A DNA stretch of 64,000 nt from Eledone cirrhosa (Eukaryota), in NCBI GenBank assembly GCA_964016885.1, contig OZ024746.1, forward strand, positions 42,222,001-42,286,000, read 5' to 3'. The position numbers and the translations under genes are program-made. Below the pieces are notes generated by a model, which ran no database searches, had not been told where the DNA came from, and worked only from the letters and a program-made list of their open reading frames with translations. This document shows, piece after piece, positions 39,150-51,491 of this stretch; position 1 is the first letter of the stretch, and the number at the start of each line of letters is the position of its first letter.

Positions 39150-39153
<4 letters not shown>

Positions 39154-39550
39154 CGTTTCTGAATTTGTTTAGCAAGATTCTTTATCTGAAAACGAGTGTT
39201 GAAACCGATATTGTTATGCAATATATATTACAATCTCATACCCATATATATGTACACACATGGTGGCTGCCAACTCGTTTTCGAGTACGGTCACTACTTT
39301 ATATCCATGTAGGAGAACCCCTACCGATGCGCTGAATGAGTGTGACTTTTTAGTCCAGCCAGCGACTTGAAAACTCTGGTACAAACACTACACTTGTGAC
39401 AATTATTAACACATAGTGCTGGGGCCATGGTACCATGTGACGACAAGTGCAGAGAGATCTCCAGATATAAAGCAATGCCTGTGCCGTGAAGCTTTTATAG
39501 TGAGCAAAGGCACTGCACAAAGCCAGTCCCACTCTCTTAACCAAGATGAT
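39150..39550. mobile_element. Unclassified repeat-like insert between TA tracts
   Basis: GC- and CpG-richer island bounded by (TA)n on both sides, ending ccaagatgatatg. Confidence 0.35.
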
Positions 39551-41410
39551 ATGTACACACATATATGTATGTGTACATACAGACACACATATATATAACT
39601 ATAAATATTTATATATATATATATATTTATATACACATATATAAGTCCTCTTCACCTTATTTGACTAGACTTATTTGGTAGAAATCGTATGTCTTATTGT
39701 TTATTTATGTCTCTGTATGTGGGTGGTATTGGGGTTGTGTATATGAATGTACTCTGTCATTACATTCATATATTTGTGTGTAATGCTTTTTTATATTGGT
39801 TCTTATATTTATGTACACATCAGTGTTTCATGTCACAATGATTTGCAAGCATCTGTTTATATGTGTTTATATTGAATATTTCTTGTATTTTGTGTTACTG
39901 TGCATATATATATATATGTGTGTGTGCAGTGTGCGTGTGTGTGCAGTGTGCGTGTGTGTGCATGTGTTTTTATGTATATATTATATATATATGTTTATGT
40001 ATGTATGCATTGATGAAATTATCCATGCTTATATTAGGCACTCTGAGTTATAAATCAGTGTGTGGGAGTATGTTACTGTTTGTACATGGGAGAGGGTAAA
40101 TAGAGAGATAGATCACTTTCCTTACTATATATAAAAATAGCAAAAATCCATTATACACATAATCTTGGAATTGTATATTTGTTACCTTAAACAAAGAATA
40201 TCTTAGTATATTTACTGATTTTGATTTTCCATTTCCTTTGGCAATATCTGGATTCCATTTTCCCTTGTACTTTTAATCAATATCTGAACTAAAGCTTACT
40301 ATAAAATTATTTTTATTATTGATAATATATGTCATCATATATCGTAACCAAAATTCTCCATTCAGTATCTATTTTCAGTTGGATTCTCTGTTTATCTTAT
40401 ACTGGGAGAAGTGTGAATGCCATAACTTCCATTTTTTTTTTTTGCATTTCTGTTAATGTAGGAAAACTTATTTATGTAGGAATGACAAGTTATCTGTATG
40501 TTAGCTTCCTTTCAAGATTTATTTCACAGCTTATAGGAATCTTCTTGAAATATAGCTGATCTAATCCTTTTGTTTCTTTGAGATGAGAAAGTAATGGTAC
40601 AACTACAACGTTCGACAGTCTAACTGGCTATGATAAAGTAGTTAAAGATTATTACAGTGTTAAATTAAATGGTAAAAATTCTATTGCATATACAATGACT
40701 GCTAAATGAAGTGAATTATTGCAGTAGAGAAGTTAATATCTCAATAGCAACTGTTATCATTATTTAACTTAAATGTTAAGATGATTTTTTTTCTATATTT
40801 CAGCCAATGAGAGTTGCCAACGTCATGATAGTTGTACAGTAGATGTCTTCACTCAGCACTGAATCTTTGTATAACATTTCAAATAGCTTAAAGATTCACA
40901 TATCTTTTGATGAGATTTATAGCAACATTGATTTAAGACTCTAATTTTGTTTTTACTCTGTTATTCACTTTGGACTATTTACCTGTTGAAGATAGATTAC
41001 TGCACTAACTCATGTGTAGGAGTGAAGTAATGTAACAACCTGACTCTGTCTTGAGATAACAACAAAGGTTTCCACTTAGTCAATATTTGTAATGATAAAG
41101 TCAATTAATGAAAGAGTGATTATTTAGAACTTATTAATAGAAAACAAACCCTTGTTTCTATGCAAATTAAATAAAAATGTTATATGCTACAAATTCTGTG
41201 TAGCTCATTTGAAACTGATCTGCCTGAAATTACCTGTTTCTATGATACCAATCTATTCATTTTAAAGTGTTTATGTGTATATTTACATTTTATCATAATA
41301 CAAGAGCTTTTGTTAAATTTATGTTCAAGATTCTTGCATATAATGGAGACTTTAATCATTTTAATTTAGTATCTCCAAATTCTGGATCATGTTTGAGATT
41401 AATTGAAATA

Positions 41411-41918
41411 TATGTGTCTTGCTGATGTGTATTGGGAAGGATATATACATCAGTAAGTAAACAGAAAAATTATGTTTTACAATCAACGTCTCTTCATATA
41501 TTTATTTTGCATCAAGTTAAATATGGTCATGAAAAGGTTACAGTAAAACAAAAGCAAAATGTATCTGCAATTAAGAGGGGATATGCAATCAGTAAAAGAA
41601 CAACAGTATAACAATATGAATGGTCAACAATACATATCCATTTATCAACATTGCATCATGTCTATAGTTAAGGCACTTAGATTGCATTGGTCAAGTATAT
41701 CAAGCTTTAAGTAATCAATCATTTTTATTTTATATTGCAATTAGAGACAAAAGTATTGTTGGTTACAGGTTTCATTGGTTTATTACAGCTGGAATGGCAA
41801 CAATCATTAAATTGATGCAAAATAAATAGATCAAGAGACTTTGATTGTTAAACATAATTTTTTTTCATTTACTTGCTGATGTATATATCCTTCCCAATAC
41901 ACATCAGCAAAACACATA
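41411..41918. repeat. ~85-bp inverted repeat pair with ~340-bp spacer (MITE or foldback-like)
   Basis: 41411-41494 is the near reverse complement of 41833-41918. Confidence 0.85.
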
Positions 41919-41927
41919 GATGAATGG

Positions 41928-42478
41928 ATCATCATCATCATCATCATCACCATCATCACCATGATCATCCCCACCACCACCATCATCATCATCCTCACCA
42001 CCATCACCACGACCATCACCACCATCACCATCACCACCACCATAACCACCGCCATCATCATCACCATCACCATCACCACCATCACCACCATCACCACCAT
42101 CACCACCATTACCATCACCACCACCATCACCATCACCACCACCATCCTCATCACCATCACCATCACCACCATCACCACCATCACCACCATCACCATCACC
42201 ACCACCATCACCACCTCCATCATCATCACCACCACCATCACCATCACCACCACCATCATCATCACCATCACCGCCATCACCATCACCACCACCATCATCA
42301 TCACCACCATCACCTCCACCATCATCACCATCACCACAACCATCATCACCACCATCACCACATCACCATCACAACCACCATCACCACATCATCATCACCA
42401 TCACAACCACCATCACCACCAACCTCACCACCACCACCATCACCATCACCACCATCACCACTACCACCACCACCACAA
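41928..42478. repeat. ~550-bp (CAC/CAT)n trinucleotide array; expanded tail of the adjacent RTE
   Basis: Mixed cac/cat triplets abut the 3' end of the minus-strand RTE fragment. Confidence 0.9.
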
Positions 42479-42479
42479 C

Positions 42480-42712
42480 TGGTGCAGCCAGTCATTGGGG
42501 TGCCACTCTAGATGCTTTCATAGTCAGCCATTGCCAGTGGTCTCTATTCTCCATTAGGCATAGGTGTTGAGACCAGTCCTGTCTTTGATGTTAAACCAGG
42601 ATTTTCTTTGTCTGCCTCTCCTTCACCCTCCCTTGACTGTGCCCTGAAGGATGGTTTTGGACTGGGAGTTGTGGCAGGATATATGATCATACTAAGCAAG
42701 CCTCCATTCTTT
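42480..42712 (-). mobile_element. RTE-BovB-like 3' fragment
   Basis: Minus strand SKTILQGTVKGG*RRGRQRKSWFNIKDRTGL. Confidence 0.8.
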
Positions 42713-43323
42713 TCTTTATAAATGGTATAGTGTGATTTGGCTGCTATTTCTAGAAGATGTAAGGGTTACAAATGACTTCTTGTTGACTCTAAGGAGATAG
42801 ATACTATTAATGGTATAATGTAATGCAAGCACTATAGAATTAACAAGCATTTTATTTTATTGAATGTTAGCCCTTAAACTAAATTTGTGTCACATAAGAA
42901 AATATCTGCAATATATGAACACCCTACCCAGAAGGTGAACTATTTATCATCAATTTAACACTTTATAAAGAAGCACTTATGTAACTAGTAATAAAGGAAA
43001 CAGAAAACTTGGATGGTAAATGTAAAAATAATGTGATAACTTAAATATACAACTATATATTTACTGTTTTATTTCAGGATAATACAAAAGCAAACAGCTT
43101 GATGTCAAGGAGAGGAAATGTTCATATCTATGCTGTCTGAGTTGCAAACACTTGTGTTTGTTTTGTTTATTATTTCCATTCTACATCTATTTCCTTTTTT
43201 TTTTTTTTTCTTTGTAGGAGTGATGAGTACACATCTTAGGTTATCAAATATGATGCTCCACAGTATCAGGTTTTGTATCTTGTGTTTCTTTGTTCAAATT
43301 CCTCAAGCTGAATTTACTTTTAA

Positions 43324-43533
43324 CCCTTTAGCATTTATATTACTCTATATATACTATTGTATTTTCATGGTAAAGGCTTTACCTCACATAATATCGATTT
43401 AATGTGAGATTTTGATGTTATTTATTTTTATAACAATACCTTAACGTCTGTATGAGTGGCTGGTTATAGCCAGTTTGAACAGAAAGAGGTGAGGGAATTC
43501 TGGCTGGACACAGACGGTTTAAATTCTAAAGGG
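43324..43533. mobile_element. piggyBac-type MITE (copy 1)
   Basis: TTAA|ccctttagcattta ... taaattctaaaggg|TTAA. Confidence 0.85.
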
Positions 43534-44729
43534 TTAATTCAGTTTTTATTATTTATGTTTTATAAGCATGACAGAGTCAATTACTTGGTTTTTCTGATTC
43601 AAATGGATTCATCAATCAGTAATAAGTTTCCCTGTCTTCAGGAAAGAACCCCTCCAATTGTACAAGTGATAGAGTTTATGCTATACACTAAGTGTCCATG
43701 ACATTCATTTCAATTATGGAGTGCTTAAGCTTCTTAAAACAGATTATAGATTGATAAATTGACTCAAAGAGAGGTCAACACTGATGATAGCTACAAACAT
43801 GTTAAAATATCAACAAGTAGTTCATAAAAAATAGCAGTAATAGATTAGGGAAAATTTGATCAAACTTTTACCCTCTCTCTAAAAAGACTGGCTTTGTTTG
43901 TAGTAAAAATAACAGATTACTTTATTTTTTGTTTATATCTATTTAAGAAGGTATCCCCAGGTGATATTTTTAGATATTCTAAATTGGATATTATACTAGT
44001 TTAATAATATGACTGAAACCAAACACATTAACTTTTATTAATTTTTGTATTAAATGCCTTGTCTTCGTCTATTCTTTAATGTTCTGTATTGGTAACCAAC
44101 CAACACAGTGATTAACTTTAGTAGAGGACAACTGACTACTTCTTCAAGAGTAGTAACCAATAAAAGACAAAATACCCAATAAAAGTCAAGTTATTCAATA
44201 AAAGTCAAGTTTGGATTAAATTTGAGAAATTGTCATCTAATTGAAGAAGAGTCTCATATATAAGCTAAATAACAGTGGTTAAGAAGGTAGCAAAATCTCC
44301 TAAACCAAAGGTTATTAAATATCTTAAAGTTGGGCTTGATTAATATCAACAAGACATTATCTGGATTATATTTTCTTATAAATATTCTACTTGAGAGTTA
44401 GCCATCATTATATATAATATCACATATTATTTTTTTTATTGAAATCCCAATGGAATTTTCATTGCTTCACTTCTTGTCAATATACATAAAATAAGTAACT
44501 CTCTTTTTCACTGTTACCAATTCAATCACAAACCTATTTCAGTTACATCAGGATAGAAAACATATCTTACTTCCATTTCCCAGACATATTGGCTCAGGAA
44601 TTAATATGTCTTCAGAGAAAGCTATCCACATTGGACCCAACTCCACACTGCACAAATTAGGTAAACCAGCTTTGACCAATGCACTCTATGAAGATCATGA
44701 TTGTGTACATGTTAAGTGTGGTCACTTCA

Positions 44730-45130
44730 TCCATTATCCTAAATATGCTAAGTCTATCCTTGTGAAACTCTTAAATATCTCTCTTCCTCACACTCCTCCT
44801 CCCCCCATTCCTCTATTCTCCATTTTCTCTTCTTCCTTCCGTCTCTCTCTCTCTCTTTCAAAAGAGTTTCATCCCGGTCTTTGGAAACATGCTACAGTAT
44901 ATCTCATTCCCAAGAACAGTAATATCTTTGACCTCACTAAATATCAACCTAACACCTTCATCAGATGATAGATACTCTCATTAACAATCTCTAATACCTC
45001 AAATTCCTCTCCCTTGTTAATGAACACCCATATAGCTTCCATAAAACTGGAGCTACTAGATACCTGCTCTCTAAGATCCCTTACCAGTGGGTCCTCATCC
45101 TTAAGAAATATGGTGGAAATAGTGTTGTTG
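44730..45130 (+). mobile_element. Degenerate CR1/L2/Jockey-group RT N-terminal fragment
   Basis: HPGLWKHATVYLIPKNSNIFDLTKYQP resembles WK.A.V.PIPK..NYRPI; downstream HPYSFHKTGAT resembles QYGFR..RST. Confidence 0.55.
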
Positions 45131-45269
45131 CACCAGGCATGCTCAACTTACTCGCCTCTCCTTTTATCAACTATATTTTTTCCACCCCTCTAGATACAAA
45201 TCCCAGTCCTTCTTCCACCTCCAAATGACAAGCCTCTGGAATTCCCTTCTCCCAACAGTCAACATGCAG

Positions 45270-45650
45270 CTATTTAAGACAAACCATGCCTTCCCATGTG
45301 AACACACTCAAATATACACCTAGTAGCACCTCTTAACTGCTATACCCACCCTCTCCTCTCCACACCACCCTTACACTGTAAACAAAATATATCCAGCCCA
45401 CACTGTAAAGTTGTGTAGGTGTCACAACAAAAAGCACCCAGCCCACACTGTAAAGTGGTCATGTAGGTATCACAACAAAAAGCACCCAGCTCACACTGTA
45501 AATGTGGTTGGCATCCAGCTATAGGGACCTAGCCAGAAACAGTCTTATATGAGTAAGACACGATCACCTGACCCAACTTACCTCAAATAGGACGACCCAT
45601 CTAACCCATGCGAGCATGGAAAATGGATGTTAAACGATGATGATGATGGT
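45270..45650 (+). mobile_element. RTE-tailed non-autonomous repeat with tandem modules
   Basis: Three to four aaaagcacccagcccacactgtaaagt modules; tail cccatgcgagcatggaaaatggatgttaaacgatgatgatg. Closely related to 7440-7845. Confidence 0.75.
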
Positions 45651-46494
45651 TGATTCCACTGATTTTGAAAGTGTTGAAAGCTATGGGTGCAGTTCCTTCT
45701 TCCAAATGAAACTATTAAAAACCATCAAATATAAATATGAAGTAAAAATCTTGGCTAATAAGAGACACATTGGTTGATAATGATTTACTGTGATAGAAAT
45801 AAGTTTTAACAACTATTATTTGAATTTATGTGAGAGTGGAATTAGTGTACACATGACAGTAGTAAAAATATTTATTCTGAAATTGTCTTCACAATACCTA
45901 TTGATATCTAAATTTTAACATACTGTAGAGACTTATTTGCTAGAAAGTATTGAGTAAGCAAAGTCTGCATCTTAATTTCAATTCCCACTGGGAATTAATT
46001 CCTGTCATTCACATTGTTAATGCTGTTGAATAAGTCATGAACATTATAATATTTGAATTAATTTTCCTTCTTTAAACATCTCTGATTTTATGCTTATGTA
46101 ATAAACCATTATTTGAATGAATCTTATATCAGACAAAACTAAAACCTTTTTTTTTTATGTTAGAAAGAGATTGAGGGAAGTGCATATGAATATGTGTGTG
46201 TTTGTGTGTATATATATAGATATATATATGTGTGTGTGTGTGTGAAAGTGTGTGCATATGTGTCAGAAAGAAAGAGAAAGAATGAAATAGTTTTATATTT
46301 AATTATGTTGAAGTAGATAAATGACAGAATATAGGAAATTAAATATTATTGAAGCGATTTATAATTTTGTTTTATCTGTATTTATATATTTTTCTAAATA
46401 GAATTAGTAGTGTCTAAAAAAAGCCTATAGTTTATTCCAAGACAAGAAAAGCAGGATAGATATATTATTTTCTTTCAATAATAACAATAATAAT

Positions 46495-46701
46495 TGTTTC
46501 TAATTTAGGCACAAGGCCAGAAAACTGGTGGTAGTCGATTCAATCGACCCCAGTGCATTACTGGTGCTTTATTTTATCTACCCCGTAAGGATGAAAGGCA
46601 AAGATAACCTTTGGGGGATTTGAACTCAGAACGTAAAGGGCCATAACTATGCTACAAAGCCTGGTGTCCAATGATCTACTGATACTGCCAACCCACCACC
46701 C

Positions 46702-46744
<43 letters not shown>

Positions 46745-46909
46745 TGTTTCTACTTTTTTGGCACAAGGCCAGCAATTACCCAGTACATTACTGGTACTTT
46801 ATTTTATCGACCCTGTAAGAATGAAAGGCAAAGTGAACCTCGGCGGGATTTGAACTCAGACGATAAAGGGACGTAACTATGCTGGAAAGCATGGCGTCCG
46901 ACTCTCTAC
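46495..46909 (-). mobile_element. Two tandem S1 SINEs (46495-46702 and 46745-46909) separated by (TAA)n
   Basis: Both carry the B box, core and tggccttgtgcc tail on the minus strand. Confidence 0.85.
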
Positions 46910-46934
46910 AATAATAATAATAATAATAATAATA

Positions 46935-47985
46935 ATTGCACTCACACCACTGTCTTTATCGCTCAACAAAACAAGATATGGCTACAAAATAGGCAGCAAA
47001 AACATAAATCACCTGTTGTATATGGATGGCTTGAAGCTGTATGCTAAAAATGATAACAGATTGGAAGAACTGCTGAAGACAGTTAAGGTGTTCAACGATG
47101 ATGTAGGGATGGAATTTGGATTGGAAAAAGGTGTCAAAGCAACATTCAAGAAAGGCAGAATGACAAGCACAGACTCAATGGAAATAAATGTGAATACAGT
47201 AATTAGAGAACTAGACAAGAACAAGCCTACAGATGTCTAGGAATCAATGAGGGCCAAGGTATTCACCATACCAGCATGAAAGATAGAATCAAGAAGGAAT
47301 GAGTATGTGCAGTTTTGAAAACTGAGCTTAACTCGACGAATAAGCTATCTGTCATAAATGTGCTTACAATCCGAGTTGTCACCTACAGTTTCAATATGAT
47401 AAATTGGAATGGTAATGAAATTAAGAAAATGAACTCCAAAATCAGCAAACATTTGACGTGTAATAAAATACAACACCCAGAAGCAGATGTGGATTGCCTC
47501 TATCTTCATAGATAAAAATGGAGGTAGAGGAATGATCCAGCTCAAGCTATCACACAAGGTATCAACCATTGGATTTGATCCGTACCTTAAAACCAAAGAT
47601 GACTGGATGATGAAAATTGTTGCAGATCTCGACAGGAAGAAGGGGTTACATTCAGTCACAAAAGAAAGTAATAAGTTTGTGGAAGAATTGGGAAGACATT
47701 TTGAAAATGATGGCAATTCTGTAATTAAAGCTACAAAGAACATCAAAGTGTTGGTAAAACATGAAGGTCAACAGAGACTGTGCACTAAATAGGAGCAAAA
47801 GCCACTGCATGGGCAGTATGTTCTCTGTAGTAAAGAACCTGATGTAGATCAAACTCTCACCCATCACTGGCTGTGGAGTTCTAAGCTAAAGACAGAGAGT
47901 GGGGGCTTCATTTTAGCTGCACAAAACCAGTGTTTTTTAACATGCAATTTTCAAGCCAATGTGATCAGAAATGGAAGCAGAATTT
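46935..47985 (+). mobile_element. R4/Dong-like LINE internal RT fragment bounded by (TAA)n
   Basis: IALTPLS..NHLLYMDGLKLYAKN..DDVGMEFGLEK..ELNSTNKL..YSFNMINW..HPEADVDCLY..GGRGMIQL..KPLHGQY..ESGGFILAAQNQ. Confidence 0.85.
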
Positions 47986-47998
47986 AAAGGAAGTTTCA

Positions 47999-48034
<36 letters not shown>

Positions 48035-48210
48035 TGTTTCTACTTTTGGCACAAGGCCAGCAATTACCCAGTACATTACTGGTACTTTATTTTATCGACC
48101 CCATAAGGATGAAAGGCAAAGTTAACCTCGACAGGATTTGAACACAGACCATAAAGGGACGTAACTATGCTAGAAAGCATGACGTCCAACCCTCTACCGA
48201 TACTGCCAAT
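48035..48210 (-). mobile_element. tRNA-derived SINE (family S1)
   Basis: Same consensus as the other S1 copies, between two (TAA)n tracts. Confidence 0.85.
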
Positions 48211-48249
48211 TCACAATAATAATAATAATAATAGCAGCAACAACAACAA

Positions 48250-49060
48250 TAACTGAAAATGTAACAGACAAGAATGCAGGTTCAAAACAAACTGAGGCTG
48301 CCTCCAAGAACACATAGAAGCCTCTCTCCCAGATAGCCACCGCCTTTGCTGGGGCAACAAAATATTTAGAAAAAATATTACTAAATGAAAATGAACTAAA
48401 GGAGGCCAAGCTAATGGTGAAAAGAAGGGATTACAGTGAGTCTTATGCTTTTGCTTGGTAAATCTCATCCGAGCCGTTGCACTACTTTTTGGGGAGAAAT
48501 TACAACTGATGAAAACTAAGCAGAAGACAAAAGAAACATGGTTGAAATGACATAATGTGATCAAGTCAAGATTTAATTAAAATTAAGCAATGGTTGAGAG
48601 GAAATTTGAAAAATGGTAAAAAGACTGATCAAGAAGCACTAGACATGAAATATAAACTATGGAAGAATTGATTTTCGACAGTAAGGGAATCGTTAAAACA
48701 AAGAATTTTGTCAAAAAGCCAGAATATCAAAAGATATGTGAAAAGAAATAAGCAACTCAGAGAGAAGAGATTGTTCCAAAATAATTCAAAACAATTTTTC
48801 TATACTTTAGAAGGAGACACTGGTAAGAATGATGTTTCTAATGATGATAAAATCAAGGAGTTCTGGAATAGGATATGAAGAAACAGTGTGATGCATAGAA
48901 AGGATACCAAGTAGATAGAAATCATCGATAGAATTGCAAGAAAGAAATGGGTAAAGAAATTTAACATAATCTCAGGTGATGTGAAAGATTAAGTGGTCAA
49001 GGTACCAAACTAGAAAGCTCCAAGTCCAGATGGAATCCATGGTTTTTATTGAAATGATGC
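48250..49060 (+). mobile_element. R4/Dong-like LINE N-terminal (pre-RT) fragment, degenerate
   Basis: A-rich, with KIKEFWNRI (about 48850-48875) and KAPSPDGIHGFY (about 49013-49050), typical of the region just before the RT. Confidence 0.6.
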
Positions 49061-49126
49061 AATGTTAAATAACATCAATGACTGATATATCAAATTCCCA
49101 ATAATATTCATAATAATGATAATAAT

Positions 49127-49487
49127 GTTTCTACTTTTGGCACAAGGCCAGCAATTACCCCAGTGCATTACTGGTGCTTTATTTTATCGACCCTATAAGG
49201 ATGAAAGGCAAAGCTAACCTTGTGAGGATTTGAATTCAGAACGTAAGGGGCCATAACTCTATGCTGCAAAGCATGGTGTCTGATGCTCTACCGATACTGA
49301 TAATCCACTGCCCTAATCATCATAATAATAATTGTTTCTACTTTTGGCACAAGGCCAGCAATTACCCAGTACATTACTGGTACTTTATTTTATCGACCCC
49401 ATAAGAATGAAAGGCAAAGTTAACCTTGGCGGGATTTGAACTGAGAATGGCAAGGGCCCTCTACTGATACTGCCAATCTGCCGCCCC
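49127..49487 (-). mobile_element. Two tandem S1 SINEs (49127-49313 and 49334-49487)
   Basis: Same consensus; the second copy has a deletion in the tRNA head. Confidence 0.85.
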
Positions 49488-49877
49488 TTTTTAAAGAGTA
49501 GGAGATAACTCCACTGGCCATATAGAGAAGAGTGTGAGATTCAAACCATGTAACATCATAACCCTGAGGTTGGTAAGCTGAGCTGCTATCAAATTATCAT
49601 AATAATAATAATACTAATCATCATCAACATCATCATCTACATAATTTCATGTTCATTCTGAAGGATCTTCATAAAGATCATGAACATACAATTCTATTAT
49701 TCACACTAACTAAACTCACTAAACTGAATGGAATTCAACTTTCATATATTTTTCTGAGGATACTTGCTTCAGTTTCTTCCCATTTTGTTTTTCATATTTC
49801 ACATTTGCAATGAGAAAAATCTAATCCTGCCACCCACCACCAAGAAACATCATGGTGAGTACAACTTTAGTTAGTGT

Positions 49878-49912
<35 letters not shown>

Positions 49913-49990
49913 TTAATGTCCATTTTTCCATGCTGGCATGGGTTAGACGAGTTATCCTGTTCTATGCAATGCTAGGTTAGGTGACCATGT
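49878..49990 (-). mobile_element. RTE-type tail fragment
   Basis: (CAT)n followed by ttaatgtccatttttccatgctggcatgggttagacg. Confidence 0.7.
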
Positions 49991-51314
49991 CATGATTTTG
50001 AAAATATATTTGTACATTTTCTTCATATATAATGAAGAGTTAAGTCTCTACTGAAATTGAACTATTTTTTCCTCTATTGTTTCTTGTTATTTCAATCTAC
50101 TCTACCATACTGTCATTCCAATTTTCAACCTAAACATTAAAATGTGATGATTTTAGCGTTAAGATGTAAAAGCCATTTTTGATATGAATCAAAATTTTAT
50201 GAAATTTTAGGACTTAAAAGGCAGCTTCTTTTGTGTATGCACAAAATCAATTTTGTATGATTCAAATAACAAGACAGTGTTTGTATGAATCAAAATTTAA
50301 TTGGAAGGAGGTGTATTTGAAATAAAGCAGGCATATTTAGCTACAGTGAGAGAGAAATGAAAAGGCCACGAGACGATGTTGATTGAGAAATATGATTGAA
50401 AGGAATATGTAAAGCCAACTCTTAATTTAGCTAACAGATGGACCTGATGTAGAGGTTAGTATAAATGTGGTTATAAAATTATGGTCATGAAGGCAGGAAA
50501 GAGTTGCTGTGATGATGAAAGCACCAGGTTGGTACTACACTAGTAACTTAGCTAATTAGTCTGTGAAGATTGCGCATTATCAATCAATAACTGGCATAGT
50601 AGTTCACTTGTTAGATGTTCTTCAGATAAAGAAAATAGTATTGAGATGATTGATGAAGTTATGAAAACATTAGACCTTATATGTAATTAAAATAAGGATT
50701 GGTAACAAATTCAATAAGGAATTCAATATATTTTATGAGTAGGTATTTAACATAGGTCTGTCTCAGTCCTTTCTCATGATTATAATCTTTGAAGCAATAA
50801 CTGAGTAGCTTGGGAGGTAAAGTTCTTTGAAAATTGTATATGCCTGTTCTCATTTCAGAATCTGTTTTACTTAACAAATAATGGCATCTTTTAACCCCAT
50901 TCAAATAATCATTTTAATGAAATCTTCTCTTCTGAATACACCAAATGATATTTTTGATATTTTCAAATCGATTCTATTTATTTTATCTCAACAAGTTTTC
51001 ATTCCTTTCCAGTTAATCTTTGATTAGCTTTATAGTATCTATAGTAGCTGGGTCTATAGTTGTTAGCAGGAATTTGGTGATCCTGGTCATTGACCTCACA
51101 AATGTTTCCTCAGCCAAGTGTTGAATAATTGTCACTACTGTTCAATGGGAGAACTCTTCATTGAGATTACTCATTCACCATGCCTCTTCCCATGGCTTCA
51201 CTTGTAACCCTTAGCTAGGTTGTTACTATGGACACCATGATATCGATATTCAAATCTCAATAGCAACCAATATCTTTTACCCAGATATGTGAGATAGGGC
51301 TGTTTCAGGAGCCA

Positions 51315-51491
<177 letters not shown>

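Noticed and set aside
41831-42557. Long poly-His, poly-Thr/Ile or poly-Val/Met ORFs
   Set aside because: They are translations of a trinucleotide microsatellite that is open in most frames.
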